Of a DNA stretch of 64,000 nt, positions 23,529 to 33,504 are shown in pieces. The stretch is from assembly GCA_047602405.1 (NCBI GenBank), contig JASGHJ010000002.1, positions 1,952,001 to 2,016,000 of the forward strand. The letters run 5' to 3'. A program made the position numbers and the translations under genes. Origin of the DNA: Anaeromyxobacteraceae bacterium. GTDB taxonomy: Bacteria > Myxococcota > Myxococcia > Myxococcales > Anaeromyxobacteraceae. Position 1 is the first letter of the stretch, and every line of letters begins with the position of its first letter. Below the pieces are notes generated by a model. That model saw nothing but the letters and a program-made list of their open reading frames with translations. It was not told the DNA's origin and searched no databases.

Positions 23529-24400
23529 TTGCCCGGGTCGTCGACGTACGTCAGGCACGCCGCGGCGTCCCAGCACTCGGCCCAGCCGACGGTCGCGAAG
23601 ATCGTGTGGAACGTGATCGCGGCCTTCCCGGCGCCCGCGCCGTCGAAGGACGAGGCGATCTCGAGGTAGTTGACGCCGCTCGGGATGACGTAGACGAACC
23701 CGCCCGTCCCGTCGGCGTACCCCTCGAACCGGTACTCGAAGGGTCTCAGGGCCGTCCGCGACGCCACCTGCATCACCACCTTGCGCGGGTCACCGCTGCG
23801 ATCGTAGGTCGCGTTCAGCGCGCCGCGCGGCGTGGTGGCGTCGTTGATGCCGAGCGTCCACAGCACCTCGAAGTCGATCTCGAGGGTGCCCGTGCCGACC
23901 TTCGCCGAGGGACCGCGGAAGGTGCCGCTGATGAACGGCACGAAGTCCCCCTGCCCCTTCCTGCGCGCCTCGAGCGAGAAGGCGTGCACGACGAGGTCCC
24001 CCTGCGCCGCCCGGACGATCCGCGCGAGGAGCTCGAAGCCGGGGTGGTTCCGGTCGTTCCAGGGCCCCCACACCCGCTCGTCGTCCGTCCGCGTGGTGGG
24101 CTCGAGCGTCCGCACGCGATCGACGAGGTCGAGCACGAAGTCCACGGCCGCGTTGAGCCCGTCGGAGGTCGGCTTCGCCTCGAGCCACAGCGCCGCCGGC
24201 CGCGTGCCGCACGCCGCGAGCGCGCCCGCCTGGGCGCTCGCGGACGCCGGCACCTCGACGCGCAGATCCGCGCGGGTGGGCAGCGCCGCGAGGAAGCGCA
24301 CGTCCTCCTGGGACCAGTTCCCGCAGCCCGCGCCCCAGAGCGCGACGGCTGCGGCGAGCCCGGCGACGGCCGCGGCCCGGAGGCTAGTCACCCAGCGCAT
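23447..24400 (-). CDS. Uncharacterised lipoprotein (paralog of 27358..28287)
   Basis: Signal with lipobox-like WGAGC; shared WGPW, F.P..SG and CW motifs; start overlaps the caspase stop. Confidence 0.7.
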   Translation of the reverse strand: MRWVTSLRAAAVAGLAAAVALWGAGCGNWSQEDVRFLAALPTRADLRVEVPASASAQAGALAACGTRPAALWLEAKPTSDGLNAAVDFVLDLVDRVRTLEPTTRTDDERVWGPWNDRNHPGFELLARIVRAAQGDLVVHAFSLEARRKGQGDFVPFISGTFRGPSAKVGTGTLEIDFEVLWTLGINDATTPRGALNATYDRSGDPRKVVMQVASRTALRPFEYRFEGYADGTGGFVYVIPSGVNYLEIASSFDGAGAGKAAITFHTIFATVGWAECWDAAACLTYVDDPGNYSCETEPSPPCSLGAASACPAVPAAP

Positions 24401-25997
24401 ATTCCACCCCGACGAGCCCCTCGACGAACCCGAGGCTCTGCTGCGAATCCACGTTGTAGAAGAGCCACGCGACCCGCGCGCGCGCGACCGCGGAGAGGCG
24501 CGGCGTCATCCGCCACCCCACCGCGCCGACGAGCCCGGGCGTGAGCGTGAAGAAGTGCTGTCGCGGGAGCGCGTCCTCGGCCGCGAAGCGCCGCGCGAGG
24601 TAGGTCGCCCCGAGCCTCAGGCCCGCCTGCGCGCCGAGGGCACCCCGGGTCCACTCCTTCCAGAGCCCGACGCCGGCGCCCACGAGCGCGAAGTCGAACG
24701 GCACCGAGACGCCGCCGCCGAGGCCGACCGCGCCCCTCCCGCCGCCGACCGCCGCGTCGAGCCCCCACACGAGCCCGTGGCCGAGGTCGTCGCGCGCCGC
24801 GAGCTCGAAGCCGCCGAGCGCCGCGGGCGGGAAGAGCCCGGTCTTGCCCTTGCCCTCGAAGAAGCGCTGCCCGCCGAGGCCGAGGAGCAGCGCGAACCGC
24901 GCGCCGCCGTAACCCTTCTGCGGATCCCGGTCGAGCGGCACGCGGTCCATCCGCGCGTCGTCCACCGGCACCGGCCCGCCCGAGACCTCGAGCCGCGCCA
25001 CGAGCAGCCCGCTCTCGTCCGGGAGCCGCTTCTTCACAAGGTACTTCCCGGGCGCGAGCGCGATGCGCCGCTCCGCGCCGGCCGCCTTCGCGACCTCCGC
25101 GACCGCGCGGCCCGCGCCGTCGAGCACCACGTAGAGCCCCTCCGTCGCGGCCGGCAGCACGACGCCGCCCCTCGCCGGCTCGAGCTCGGTGAGGACGACG
25201 TCGCCCGCGCCGCCGAGGTCGTACAGGAAGACCGGGTGCTGCACGCCCGCGGCCGAGGACGCGGTCGCCCCGACGGTGCGCGCGTAGGCGTAGGCGTAAG
25301 CCTCGGCGAGCGTGACGAGGCCGTCGCCGGAGGTGTCGGCGCCGCCCAGGAGCCCCGAGGCGAGGTGGTGGGTGAAGTAGCTCGCGCCGATCGCGTCGGA
25401 CTCCTGCGAGTCCTCGTCGGCCGACGACGAGGCCACGAGCACGAGGCCGCGCGGCCCGCCGGGCTGGGCGGTCTTCACGTCGAAGGTCGGCGCCGGGCGG
25501 ACCCCCTTCGCACGGACGATGGCGCCCGAGCGGCAGGAGTCGAGGAGGCCGATGCGCACGTCGGCGGGCGAGGACGCGAGCGCCTCGCGGAGCTCGTCGA
25601 GGGGGATGGCGCCCGTCCCGAGCCGGAGCGCGCCGTCGCGCGCGTGACCCGAGTAGTAGACGACGAGCACGGTGCGCTCGCCCGCGGCGGAGGCCCGGCC
25701 CGCGGCCTGGGAGAGCTCGGCGAGGGCGCGGCGGAACGCGGGGGCGCCCGCGGAGAGGAGAAGGCGCGCGTCCTCGGGCCGGACGCCGCCGACCCCGGTG
25801 AGGATGCCGTGGATGCGCCGGGCGTCGCGCTCGGCGTAGCGCAGGCGGACCGCGCCCGGCCCGCCGTCCGGCTCGCCCGCGACGAGCGCGAAGCGCCGGC
25901 CGGCCCCGCCATTCGCGGGCGCGGCGTGCGCCGGCGCCGCCAGGAGCCCCGCCGCGGCGAGGCCGAGCGCGAGCGCGACGGCGCGGGCGGACCTCAT
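24384..25997 (-). CDS. Exported caspase-like (peptidase C14) protein with probable C-terminal beta-barrel
   Basis: Signal peptide; RRFALVAG, LRYAERDA, His YYSGHA, Cys LDSCRSG, SYFTHHL..GL.G.AD..GDG.VTL.EAY; amphipathic beta C-terminus ending VGVEYALGD. Confidence 0.85.
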   Translation of the reverse strand: MRSARAVALALGLAAAGLLAAPAHAAPANGGAGRRFALVAGEPDGGPGAVRLRYAERDARRIHGILTGVGGVRPEDARLLLSAGAPAFRRALAELSQAAGRASAAGERTVLVVYYSGHARDGALRLGTGAIPLDELREALASSPADVRIGLLDSCRSGAIVRAKGVRPAPTFDVKTAQPGGPRGLVLVASSSADEDSQESDAIGASYFTHHLASGLLGGADTSGDGLVTLAEAYAYAYARTVGATASSAAGVQHPVFLYDLGGAGDVVLTELEPARGGVVLPAATEGLYVVLDGAGRAVAEVAKAAGAERRIALAPGKYLVKKRLPDESGLLVARLEVSGGPVPVDDARMDRVPLDRDPQKGYGGARFALLLGLGGQRFFEGKGKTGLFPPAALGGFELAARDDLGHGLVWGLDAAVGGGRGAVGLGGGVSVPFDFALVGAGVGLWKEWTRGALGAQAGLRLGATYLARRFAAEDALPRQHFFTLTPGLVGAVGWRMTPRLSAVARARVAWLFYNVDSQQSLGFVEGLVGVEYALGD

Positions 25998-26740
25998 CGC
26001 CGCCCCCGGGTGAGCGGCACGACCAGCACCTCGGCCTCGCGGTCGGGGGCCGCCGCGCCGACGCCGGAGGCCCCGAGGCGGCTCACCAGCGCCGCGCCGT
26101 CGATCGGGCGGTCGTCGAGCACCACCACGAGCTCGCCGTCGCCCTCGCCCGTCCACTCGAACGCGCCGGGCAAGGGGCCCTTCACGGCGGGGCCGGCGTA
26201 GACGAGGGCCGGGCCGTCGCGGTCGACGAGCGCGACCGCGGCGTGCGTGTGGCCGGCGGGGCCGAGCGCGACGCGCAGCGAGGCGCCCGCGGGCACCGGC
26301 TCGCCGGGCGCGAGGGCGCGCGCGCCGGCCGCGGAGGAGACGTGGAGCTCGGCGGTGGCGCCGCCCTTCGTGCGGATCCCGGGGGCCGGGTCGTCCCGGC
26401 GGTCGCGGAGCTCCCGGACGAGCGGCACCGCGACGACGGCCGCGAGGCCGGCGGCGAGCGCGAGCGGCGCGAGGCGGAGCGCGAGGCGCGGCGCGGTGCG
26501 GGGGCGCGGCGCCGGCGCGGCGAGGTGGTCGGCGACGCCGGCCGCGAAGGCGGGGAACGGCAGGGCGCGGGCGAGGTCGACCCGCTCGGCCTCGAGGACC
26601 CGGAGCGTCGCCTGGCAGCGGGCGCAGCCCTCGAGGTGGGCCTCGGCCCGGGTCCGCTCGTCGCCCTGCAGCTCGCCCGCCGCGAGGCGGCGGATGCGCA
26701 TCGCCGAGCAGGGCACCCCGGGGCCACCGAGCGACGTCAT
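25994..26740 (-). CDS. Zinc-finger (zf-HC2) transmembrane anti-sigma factor
   Basis: HLEGCARC (HxxxCxxC), single TM, extracytoplasmic domain; ATGA overlaps with both neighbours. Confidence 0.85.
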   Translation of the reverse strand: MTSLGGPGVPCSAMRIRRLAAGELQGDERTRAEAHLEGCARCQATLRVLEAERVDLARALPFPAFAAGVADHLAAPAPRPRTAPRLALRLAPLALAAGLAAVVAVPLVRELRDRRDDPAPGIRTKGGATAELHVSSAAGARALAPGEPVPAGASLRVALGPAGHTHAAVALVDRDGPALVYAGPAVKGPLPGAFEWTGEGDGELVVVLDDRPIDGAALVSRLGASGVGAAAPDREAEVLVVPLTRGRR

Positions 26741-27348
26741 GGCAGCTCCTCCGGGTCCGCGGGCAGCTCGACGTCGGGCATCGCCGCGGCGAGCGTGGCG
26801 CGTGCGGCGGCGAGGAACTCCTTGAGGCGCTTCCTCACCGTGGGCAGGCTGCGGCCGGTCTCGGCGGCGATCTCGGCCTGCGTCAGCTCGTCCACGAAGT
26901 ACAGCACGGCGACCTCCTGCGCTTCCCCGGGCGCGCTCCTGAGCAGCGCCCGCACGAGCTCCCTCGACTCCGGCTCGATGCCGCGTTCCTTCCGGTCGCG
27001 GGCCATCCGCTCGACCTCGTCCCGCCAGGCCGCCCGCGAGGCCCGGAGCACGTTGAGGCAGTGGTGCGTCGCCGCCCGCATCAGGTAGGCCGTGGGCGAC
27101 GCGGCGGTGACCAGCTCCGCCGTGCCCTTCAGGACCCGCGCGAACACCTCCTGCGTGGCGTCGCGCGCGGCGTCCTCGTCCTTGAGGAGGTACCGGCAGC
27201 GGCCGAACACCATGGCCGCGTGCCGCCGGTACAGGTCCTCGATCAGGTGGCCCGGGCGGGCGGCTTCAGCCGCGCCGGGGCCCGGAGCCCCGGCGGAGGG
27301 GCCGACGTGGTCGGCCTTTCCGCCGGGGATGACCGAGAGCCGGGGCAC
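26737..27348 (-). CDS. ECF RNA polymerase sigma factor
   Basis: Region 2 LYRRH...DATQEVF; region 4 LTQAEIAAETGRSLPTVRKRL. Confidence 0.92.
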   Translation of the reverse strand: MPRLSVIPGGKADHVGPSAGAPGPGAAEAARPGHLIEDLYRRHAAMVFGRCRYLLKDEDAARDATQEVFARVLKGTAELVTAASPTAYLMRAATHHCLNVLRASRAAWRDEVERMARDRKERGIEPESRELVRALLRSAPGEAQEVAVLYFVDELTQAEIAAETGRSLPTVRKRLKEFLAAARATLAAAMPDVELPADPEELP

Positions 27349-27357
27349 CCGTCGACG

Positions 27358-28287
27358 TTACGGCAGCGTGAGCGTCGAGTACACCGGGGTGCTGAAGGGC
27401 GCGCAGGCGTCGTTCGTGCCGATGACGGTGACGGCGTCGACGAGGTAGTACTCGAGCGCGAAGCCGCCCGCGTTGCCGGCCCAGCACTGGCTCGCCGTGT
27501 GCGACGCGCCCGTCTCGACGTACTTCGCGTCGCCGCGGCCGTCGCCGCCGGTCACCCAGCGGGTGGCGAGCGAGAGGTTCTTGTCCGAGCCGACGCCCTG
27601 GAACATGAACTGGAGGTCGCCGCCGGTCGCCGAGGCCTCGAAGTCGTAGGCGATGTCGAGGTACGCCGGGCCGGCCGGGTCGGAGTTCTTCGCGCCGGTG
27701 AAGAGGGCGGTGAGCTTCAGGAACGTGCGGTTGTCGTAGGTGACGGAGAGCTTGCCGTGGTCGTCCTTCGTGGGCTGGACGGCCTTCGAGGCGTCGAGGT
27801 CGAGGACGAAGTCGCCCTGGCCGTGCCGGCCGTCGGCGCCGGGGAAGGCGTGGCCGGAGAGGATCGGCGTGAAGTCGGCCGCCGCGGCCGCGTGGGCGGC
27901 GAGCACGTAGCTGTAGCCGTCACCGTCCCGCTTCACGACCATCCGCCACACGACCTGGCTCGCGTTGTCGGTCCACGGGCCCCAGGTGCACTGGTCGGCG
28001 GTGCACTCGGTCGGCGGGAACGCCGTGATGACCTGGACGAGCGTCAGGATCGCCCAGCTGTTGAGGTTGAAGGTGAGCGCGACGTAGTACGAGTCGAGCG
28101 CGAACTCGGCCGGGATCGTGACGGCGTCCTCGACGGTGAGCGCGCCAGGGTTCGCGGCCTTCGGCGAGCCGACCTGGATGTCGGCCGGCTTCGGCATGGC
28201 GGCGCGGGCCTCTTCCGGGCTGATGTCCTTCTTGGCGCAGGCGCCGAGCAGCGCGGCGGCGGCGAGGATGGCGACGGTCTTCTTCAT
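27358..28287 (-). CDS. Uncharacterised lipoprotein
   Basis: MKKTVAILAAAALLGAC lipobox; first gene of the ECF-caspase operon (9-nt gap to sigma). Confidence 0.8.
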   Translation of the reverse strand: MKKTVAILAAAALLGACAKKDISPEEARAAMPKPADIQVGSPKAANPGALTVEDAVTIPAEFALDSYYVALTFNLNSWAILTLVQVITAFPPTECTADQCTWGPWTDNASQVVWRMVVKRDGDGYSYVLAAHAAAAADFTPILSGHAFPGADGRHGQGDFVLDLDASKAVQPTKDDHGKLSVTYDNRTFLKLTALFTGAKNSDPAGPAYLDIAYDFEASATGGDLQFMFQGVGSDKNLSLATRWVTGGDGRGDAKYVETGASHTASQCWAGNAGGFALEYYLVDAVTVIGTNDACAPFSTPVYSTLTLP

Positions 28288-28466
28288 GGTCAGGCCCTCG
28301 GTCTCTCGTTCCAGGGTGGGCCGGGAGAGTCCGGCCGTTCTCCATGAAGGGACACGGCCGCCCCCCTGGAATGGAAACAGGCTAGAGGCCCTCGGACGGG
28401 GCGTGAAGGGACCGATGTGGGGGGAGGTGGGCGAGGCCATGACCGCGGCGTGCTACGGTCGTCGGC

Positions 28467-28940
28467 ATGGCCGTTCACACTCGGGCGTCGAGAGCCGGAG
28501 TGTTGCTCGCTCCTGCGCTTCTGGCCGCCGCGCTCGTCGCCGCGTGCGGCGCACCCGGTTACCGGTGGGTCGTTCCCGAAGGGTACCAGGGCTGGGTCGA
28601 GATGAAGTGCGGGGTCACCGGAGCGCCGCCGTTGCCGGTCGAGGGCGGCCTGGCAGTGATCGTCGTGCCCCAGGACGGCAAGATCGTCACCTCGTCGCCC
28701 CTGCGGAGTGGTCCGGCGCGGGACGAGGCCCTCGCGCGACGCGGCGACCGACTCGAACCCGTGGCGCTGCCGGTCGGCATCTTCGTGCGCCATGTCTCGG
28801 TGGGACAGCCGAGGGCTGGGAACTACGTCTACGCCTACTTCGGAACCCCTGCTCAGTACCAGGCGGCCCTCAGGGACCTCACAGGCCAGGTCGGTGACCC
28901 GATAGAACCCGGCAACCGCCCGCCCCCGGGGTCGCCCTGA
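28467..28940 (+). CDS. Small hypothetical lipoprotein (DUF6843-like)
   Basis: LVAAC lipobox; VPEGYQGWV...GAPPLP...VPQDG..VTSS pattern. Confidence 0.6.
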   Translation: MAVHTRASRAGVLLAPALLAAALVAACGAPGYRWVVPEGYQGWVEMKCGVTGAPPLPVEGGLAVIVVPQDGKIVTSSPLRSGPARDEALARRGDRLEPVALPVGIFVRHVSVGQPRAGNYVYAYFGTPAQYQAALRDLTGQVGDPIEPGNRPPPGSP

Positions 28941-29192
28941 AGGCGCGCGTGGTGCGCCTCGACCGAGAACGTCAGCCCAATCAAGGTACTATTGGTGAAC
29001 GCTCACCAGGGCTCCAGGCCGGTCCCATCTTGGCGCTCCGGCGTCCCGCGCGCGCGGCGAAGTCACGAATGCGCGGGAAGACTACTCGAAACCCCGGGGG
29101 TTCCTCGCGCCGCGCTCGGCAGGCGCGACCATGGCGCCTGCCGGCGCGCCGGCCGCCCTCGCGGTACGCTCCGCCTCGAGAGGTACGCCCGG

Positions 29193-30123
29193 CTACCGCC
29201 GCGCCTTGAACCACGCGAACGTGCGCGCGAGGCCGTCGGCGATCGAGACCTCGGGGCGCCAGCCGATGGCCTTCGCGGCGAGCGACGGGTCGATGCAGGA
29301 GCGGGCCTGCTCGCCGAGGCGCGCGGGCGCGTGCTCCGGGCGCTGCTCGACGCCCGCCGCGCGCGCGAGGTGCGCGTGCAGGGCGAGCACGTCGGTCTCG
29401 ACGCCGGTGCCGACGTTGAGCGGGCCGTCGTGGCGCCTCTCCGCGGCGAGCAGGTTCGCGCGGGCGACGTCTCCCACGAAGACGTAGTCGCGGGTCTGGC
29501 GGCCGTCGCCGTAGACGGTGCACGGCTTCCCGTCGAGCAGCTTGCCGCAGAAGATCGCGACGACGCCGGCCTCGCCGTGCGGGTCCTGGCGCGGGCCGTA
29601 GACGTTCGCGTAGCGGAGCGCGGCGAAGGGGACCTCGTAGCCGGCGCGGAAGACGCCGAGATACAGCTCGCTCGCGGCCTTGCTCGCGCCGTAGATCGGA
29701 GATCGGCGCCTGGCGCTCGGCCTCGGGGGTGGGGATGGGCGCGCCGTCGCCGTAGGTCGCCCCTCCCGACGAGGCGAAGAGCACGTGCTCGAGCCCGCCC
29801 GCGGTCACCGCGGCCTGCATGAGGTTGAGGAGCCCGCCCACGTTCACGTCGGCGTCGTGGCGCGGGTCGCTCATCGAGCGGCGCACGTCGATCTGCGCGG
29901 CGTGGTGGCAGAGGACCTGCGGGCGCTCCTTCGCCACGATCTCGGCGGCGGCGGCGCTCCGGACGTCGACCGGGTAGAAGCGGGCGCCCGCGGGGACGTT
30001 CTCGCGCTTGCCCGACGAGAGGTCGTCGAGGATCGCGACGTCCCAGCCCGCGGCGAGGAAGGTGTCGGCCACGGTCGAGCCGATGAAGCCGGCGCCGCCG
30101 GTGATGAGGATCCGCCTCGCCAT
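29193..30123 (-). CDS. NAD-dependent epimerase, UDP-glucose 4-epimerase-like (apparent +1 frameshift at ~29698)
   Basis: TGGAGFIGS, HHAAQIDVRRS, ASSGG; after removing one base YGASK, RYANVYGPRQ, QTRDYVFV. Confidence 0.88.
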
Positions 30124-30135
30124 GACCGCCCTCCC

Positions 30136-31071
<936 letters not shown>

Positions 31072-31084
31072 TTGGCCCACATGC

Positions 31085-31276
31085 TTACTTCTTGGTCCCG
31101 AGGTCCTCGAGCGACAGTTGCCCTGGCAGGGCGCCGCGGTACTTGTCGAGCACGAGGTCGATGCCCTGACGGATGTACTCCGCCACGGGCACCTTGGTGC
31201 GGTCGTGAAGCAGCTTGAGCCGGTCGTTCTGCTCCGGCGTGATGTACACGGTCGTCGAGATCTTCTTCCGCGCCAT
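31085..31276 (-). CDS. cdbA: Ribbon-helix-helix protein, CdbA-like (c-di-GMP-binding nucleoid-associated protein)
   Basis: [43 protein letters not shown] resembles Myxococcus CdbA as recalled, not searched. Confidence 0.72.
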   Translation of the reverse strand: MARKKISTTVYITPEQNDRLKLLHDRTKVPVAEYIRQGIDLVLDKYRGALPGQLSLEDLGTKK

Positions 31277-31356
31277 GCCGGGCTCGCTGCCGGGGTGAGG
31301 CCCCGCGGAGCATCGCGCCGTGGGGCGGGGTGTGCCGAACACCCCGTGTCGAAACG

Positions 31357-31385
31357 AACGTAGGTGACCACCGGTATGCTGTCAA
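31357..31385 (-). promoter_or_regulatory. sigma70 promoter for the cdbA-like operon
   Basis: TTGACA-N17-TACGTT about 80 nt upstream of the ATG. Confidence 0.7.
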
Positions 31386-31448
31386 ATAGGGTCACGTGTT
31401 CTGGTCTGCGGCCCTGACCCGGGACTAGAATCCCGGCCCGAGGTGGAC

Positions 31449-32117
31449 ATGCGCCGAACCGCCCTGCTCCTCACCGCTCTCGTGGCCGCGACCGCCTGCG
31501 GCAGCCGCCAGAAGGCCGGCTCCGCCGGCGCGCCCGGTCGCTCCGATCCGGCCCCCGCGAAGGCCATCGTGCCAAAGGGGATGGAGCCGGTGGCGGGCGA
31601 GCAGGTGACCTCCTACGACCTCACCCGCGAGGGCAAGCCCGACGCCTGGAAGTTCACGGTGAAGGCGCCCGACGGGCAGGAGCGCATCGTCCGCAAGGAG
31701 AAGGACCTGAACGGCGACGGGAAGATCGACGCCTGGGAGAAGTACAACGACGACGGCTCCCTCGCGGTGCTGGTCTACGACTTCGACTTCGACGGCAAGC
31801 CCGACGCGACGCTGTACTTCGAGAAGGACCAGCTCGTGAAGAAGGACCTGTCCTTCGGCTTCGACGGCGTGCCGCGGACCTTCGCGTACTACGAGAAGGG
31901 CAAGCTCGTCCGCAAGGAGCGCGACACCACCGGTGACGGCAAGGTCGACACCTGGGAGTACTGGGAGAACGGCGAGCTCGACCGCATCGGCGTCGACCTC
32001 GACGGCGACGGCCAGGTCGATCGCTGGGAGACGAAGCACAAGGACGACGACAAGGCCGAGAGCGCCTCCGCGCCGGCCGCGCCCGCGGCGCCGGCGCCGG
32101 CCGCGAAGACGAAGTAG
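31449..32117 (+). CDS. Lipoprotein with repeated DxDxDG (Ca-binding-like) motifs
   Basis: AATAC lipobox; [42 protein letters not shown]. Confidence 0.8.
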   Translation: MRRTALLLTALVAATACGSRQKAGSAGAPGRSDPAPAKAIVPKGMEPVAGEQVTSYDLTREGKPDAWKFTVKAPDGQERIVRKEKDLNGDGKIDAWEKYNDDGSLAVLVYDFDFDGKPDATLYFEKDQLVKKDLSFGFDGVPRTFAYYEKGKLVRKERDTTGDGKVDTWEYWENGELDRIGVDLDGDGQVDRWETKHKDDDKAESASAPAAPAAPAPAAKTK

Positions 32118-32144
32118 CAGCGCAGTCCTTGCTGCCGGGGCGGG

Positions 32145-32171
32145 GCCCCATGGAGCTTTGCTCCATGGGGC
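32145..32171. terminator. Perfect 12-bp hairpin between convergent genes
   Basis: GCCCCATGGAGC-TTT-GCTCCATGGGGC. Confidence 0.55.
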
Positions 32172-32185
32172 GGGGGGTCCGTTCA

Positions 32186-32229
32186 ATCCCGAGCGTAGGG
32201 CCCGCGAAGCGGGCCCGGAGTCGAGGGAC
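32186..32229 (+). repeat. REP-like palindromic element (intergenic copy)
   Basis: ATCCCGAGCG-TAG-GGCCCGC-GAA-GCGGGCC-CGGAGTCGAGGGAC; GTAG plus hairpin; second copy in pheS. Confidence 0.65.
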
Positions 32230-32243
32230 GAGCCCCCGGAAAC

Positions 32244-32714
32244 TCAGTAGCCGATCTCGACCCCGGCGAGGAGCTCGGTCCGCCACCCGGCGGGGCCGCG
32301 CCGCGCGCCCGCGCGGAGCCCCGCGACGACGGTGCCCAGGCGCCACCCCGCGCCCGCGCTCGCCCCGAGCGCCGCGCCCACCCTCCCCACCTCCGCCGCC
32401 GCGCCGAGCTCGACGCCCAGCGAGAGCCGCACCCGCTCCCCCGCGGAGCCGCGCAGCCCGGCCGTCGCCCACGCCGGGGAGCCCGCACCGTCCGCGGCGC
32501 GGCCGGAGGTCCGCGGCGCGGACGCCCACCCGAGGGTCGCCGTCCAGTCGACGGGCCCCTCGAGCCAGCCCGCGGCCGTGAGCGCGAGCGCGAGCCCCGC
32601 GCCGCCGCGGGCCCGGGAGAGCCCTGTTTCCAGGGCGAGGGAGCGATCCGGGGCCTGCGCCGCGACGGCGGCCGGCGCGGCCAGGAGGACGAGGAGGCGG
32701 ACGAGCGTTCGCAT
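32244..32714 (-). CDS. Hypothetical exported protein, possible small outer-membrane beta-barrel
   Basis: Signal peptide (AVAA-Q); Gly/Ala-rich strands; terminal aromatic GVEIGY. Confidence 0.55.
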   Translation of the reverse strand: MRTLVRLLVLLAAPAAVAAQAPDRSLALETGLSRARGGAGLALALTAAGWLEGPVDWTATLGWASAPRTSGRAADGAGSPAWATAGLRGSAGERVRLSLGVELGAAAEVGRVGAALGASAGAGWRLGTVVAGLRAGARRGPAGWRTELLAGVEIGY

Positions 32715-32743
32715 GCGGCACGGGGGTAGCAAGAACCGGGCGC

Positions 32744-33502
32744 ATGCCCCGCCCCGCCCTCGCCGCCGCCGCGGCGCTCCTCCTCGCCTGCGCGCACCGC
32801 CCGACCGTGCACCCCCGCGCCGTGGAGGAGGTGCGGCGCGGCTACGCCCACGTCGCCGCGGGCGACCTCGAGCGCGCCGAGGTCGCCTTCGAGCACGCGC
32901 TCGCGTTCCGCCCGGACCTGCCGGAGGGTCACGCCGGCCTGGGCGTCGTGGCGCGGCTGCGCGGCGATCTCGCCGCCGCGCGGCGCCACCTCGAGCGCGC
33001 GGTGAAGCTCGAGCCCGACTTCGCGGAGGGCTGGGCGAACCTCGGCGAGACCTTGCTCGCGATGGGCCGGCACGAGGACGCCGTCCGGTCCCTCCGGAGC
33101 GCGCTCGCGATCGACCCCGACCTCTCCGACGCGCGCGAGAACCTCGTGCGCGCGCTCATCGCCCGCGGCCTCGAGGGCGGCGCGCGTGGGGTCCCGCTCC
33201 TCGTGGCCGCGCGGCGGGAGGCGCTGCACGTGCTCGAGGCCGACCCCCGCCGCGCCTCCGCCCATCACGATCTCGCCTTCCTCTCCTGGCGCGCCGGCGA
33301 CCTCGAGGCGGCGGCCGCCGGCTACCGCCGCGCGCTCGACCTCGAACCGTCGGACGCCCGCCACGCCGTCGGCCTCTGCGCCGCGCTCGTCGGGCTCGCG
33401 AGATGCGAAGAGGCAGCGACCGCCTGCGGCCGCTGCCTCGCGCTGTCACCTTCGGAGCCCGCGTGCCGGGAAGGCCAGCGGCGGGCCGAGGCCTGCCGGT
33501 GA
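32744..33502 (+). CDS. TPR-repeat lipoprotein
   Basis: LLAC lipobox; multiple TPR-like repeats (AVKLEPDFAEGWANLG). Confidence 0.85.
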   Translation: MPRPALAAAAALLLACAHRPTVHPRAVEEVRRGYAHVAAGDLERAEVAFEHALAFRPDLPEGHAGLGVVARLRGDLAAARRHLERAVKLEPDFAEGWANLGETLLAMGRHEDAVRSLRSALAIDPDLSDARENLVRALIARGLEGGARGVPLLVAARREALHVLEADPRRASAHHDLAFLSWRAGDLEAAAAGYRRALDLEPSDARHAVGLCAALVGLARCEEAATACGRCLALSPSEPACREGQRRAEACR

Positions 33503-33504
33503 GG

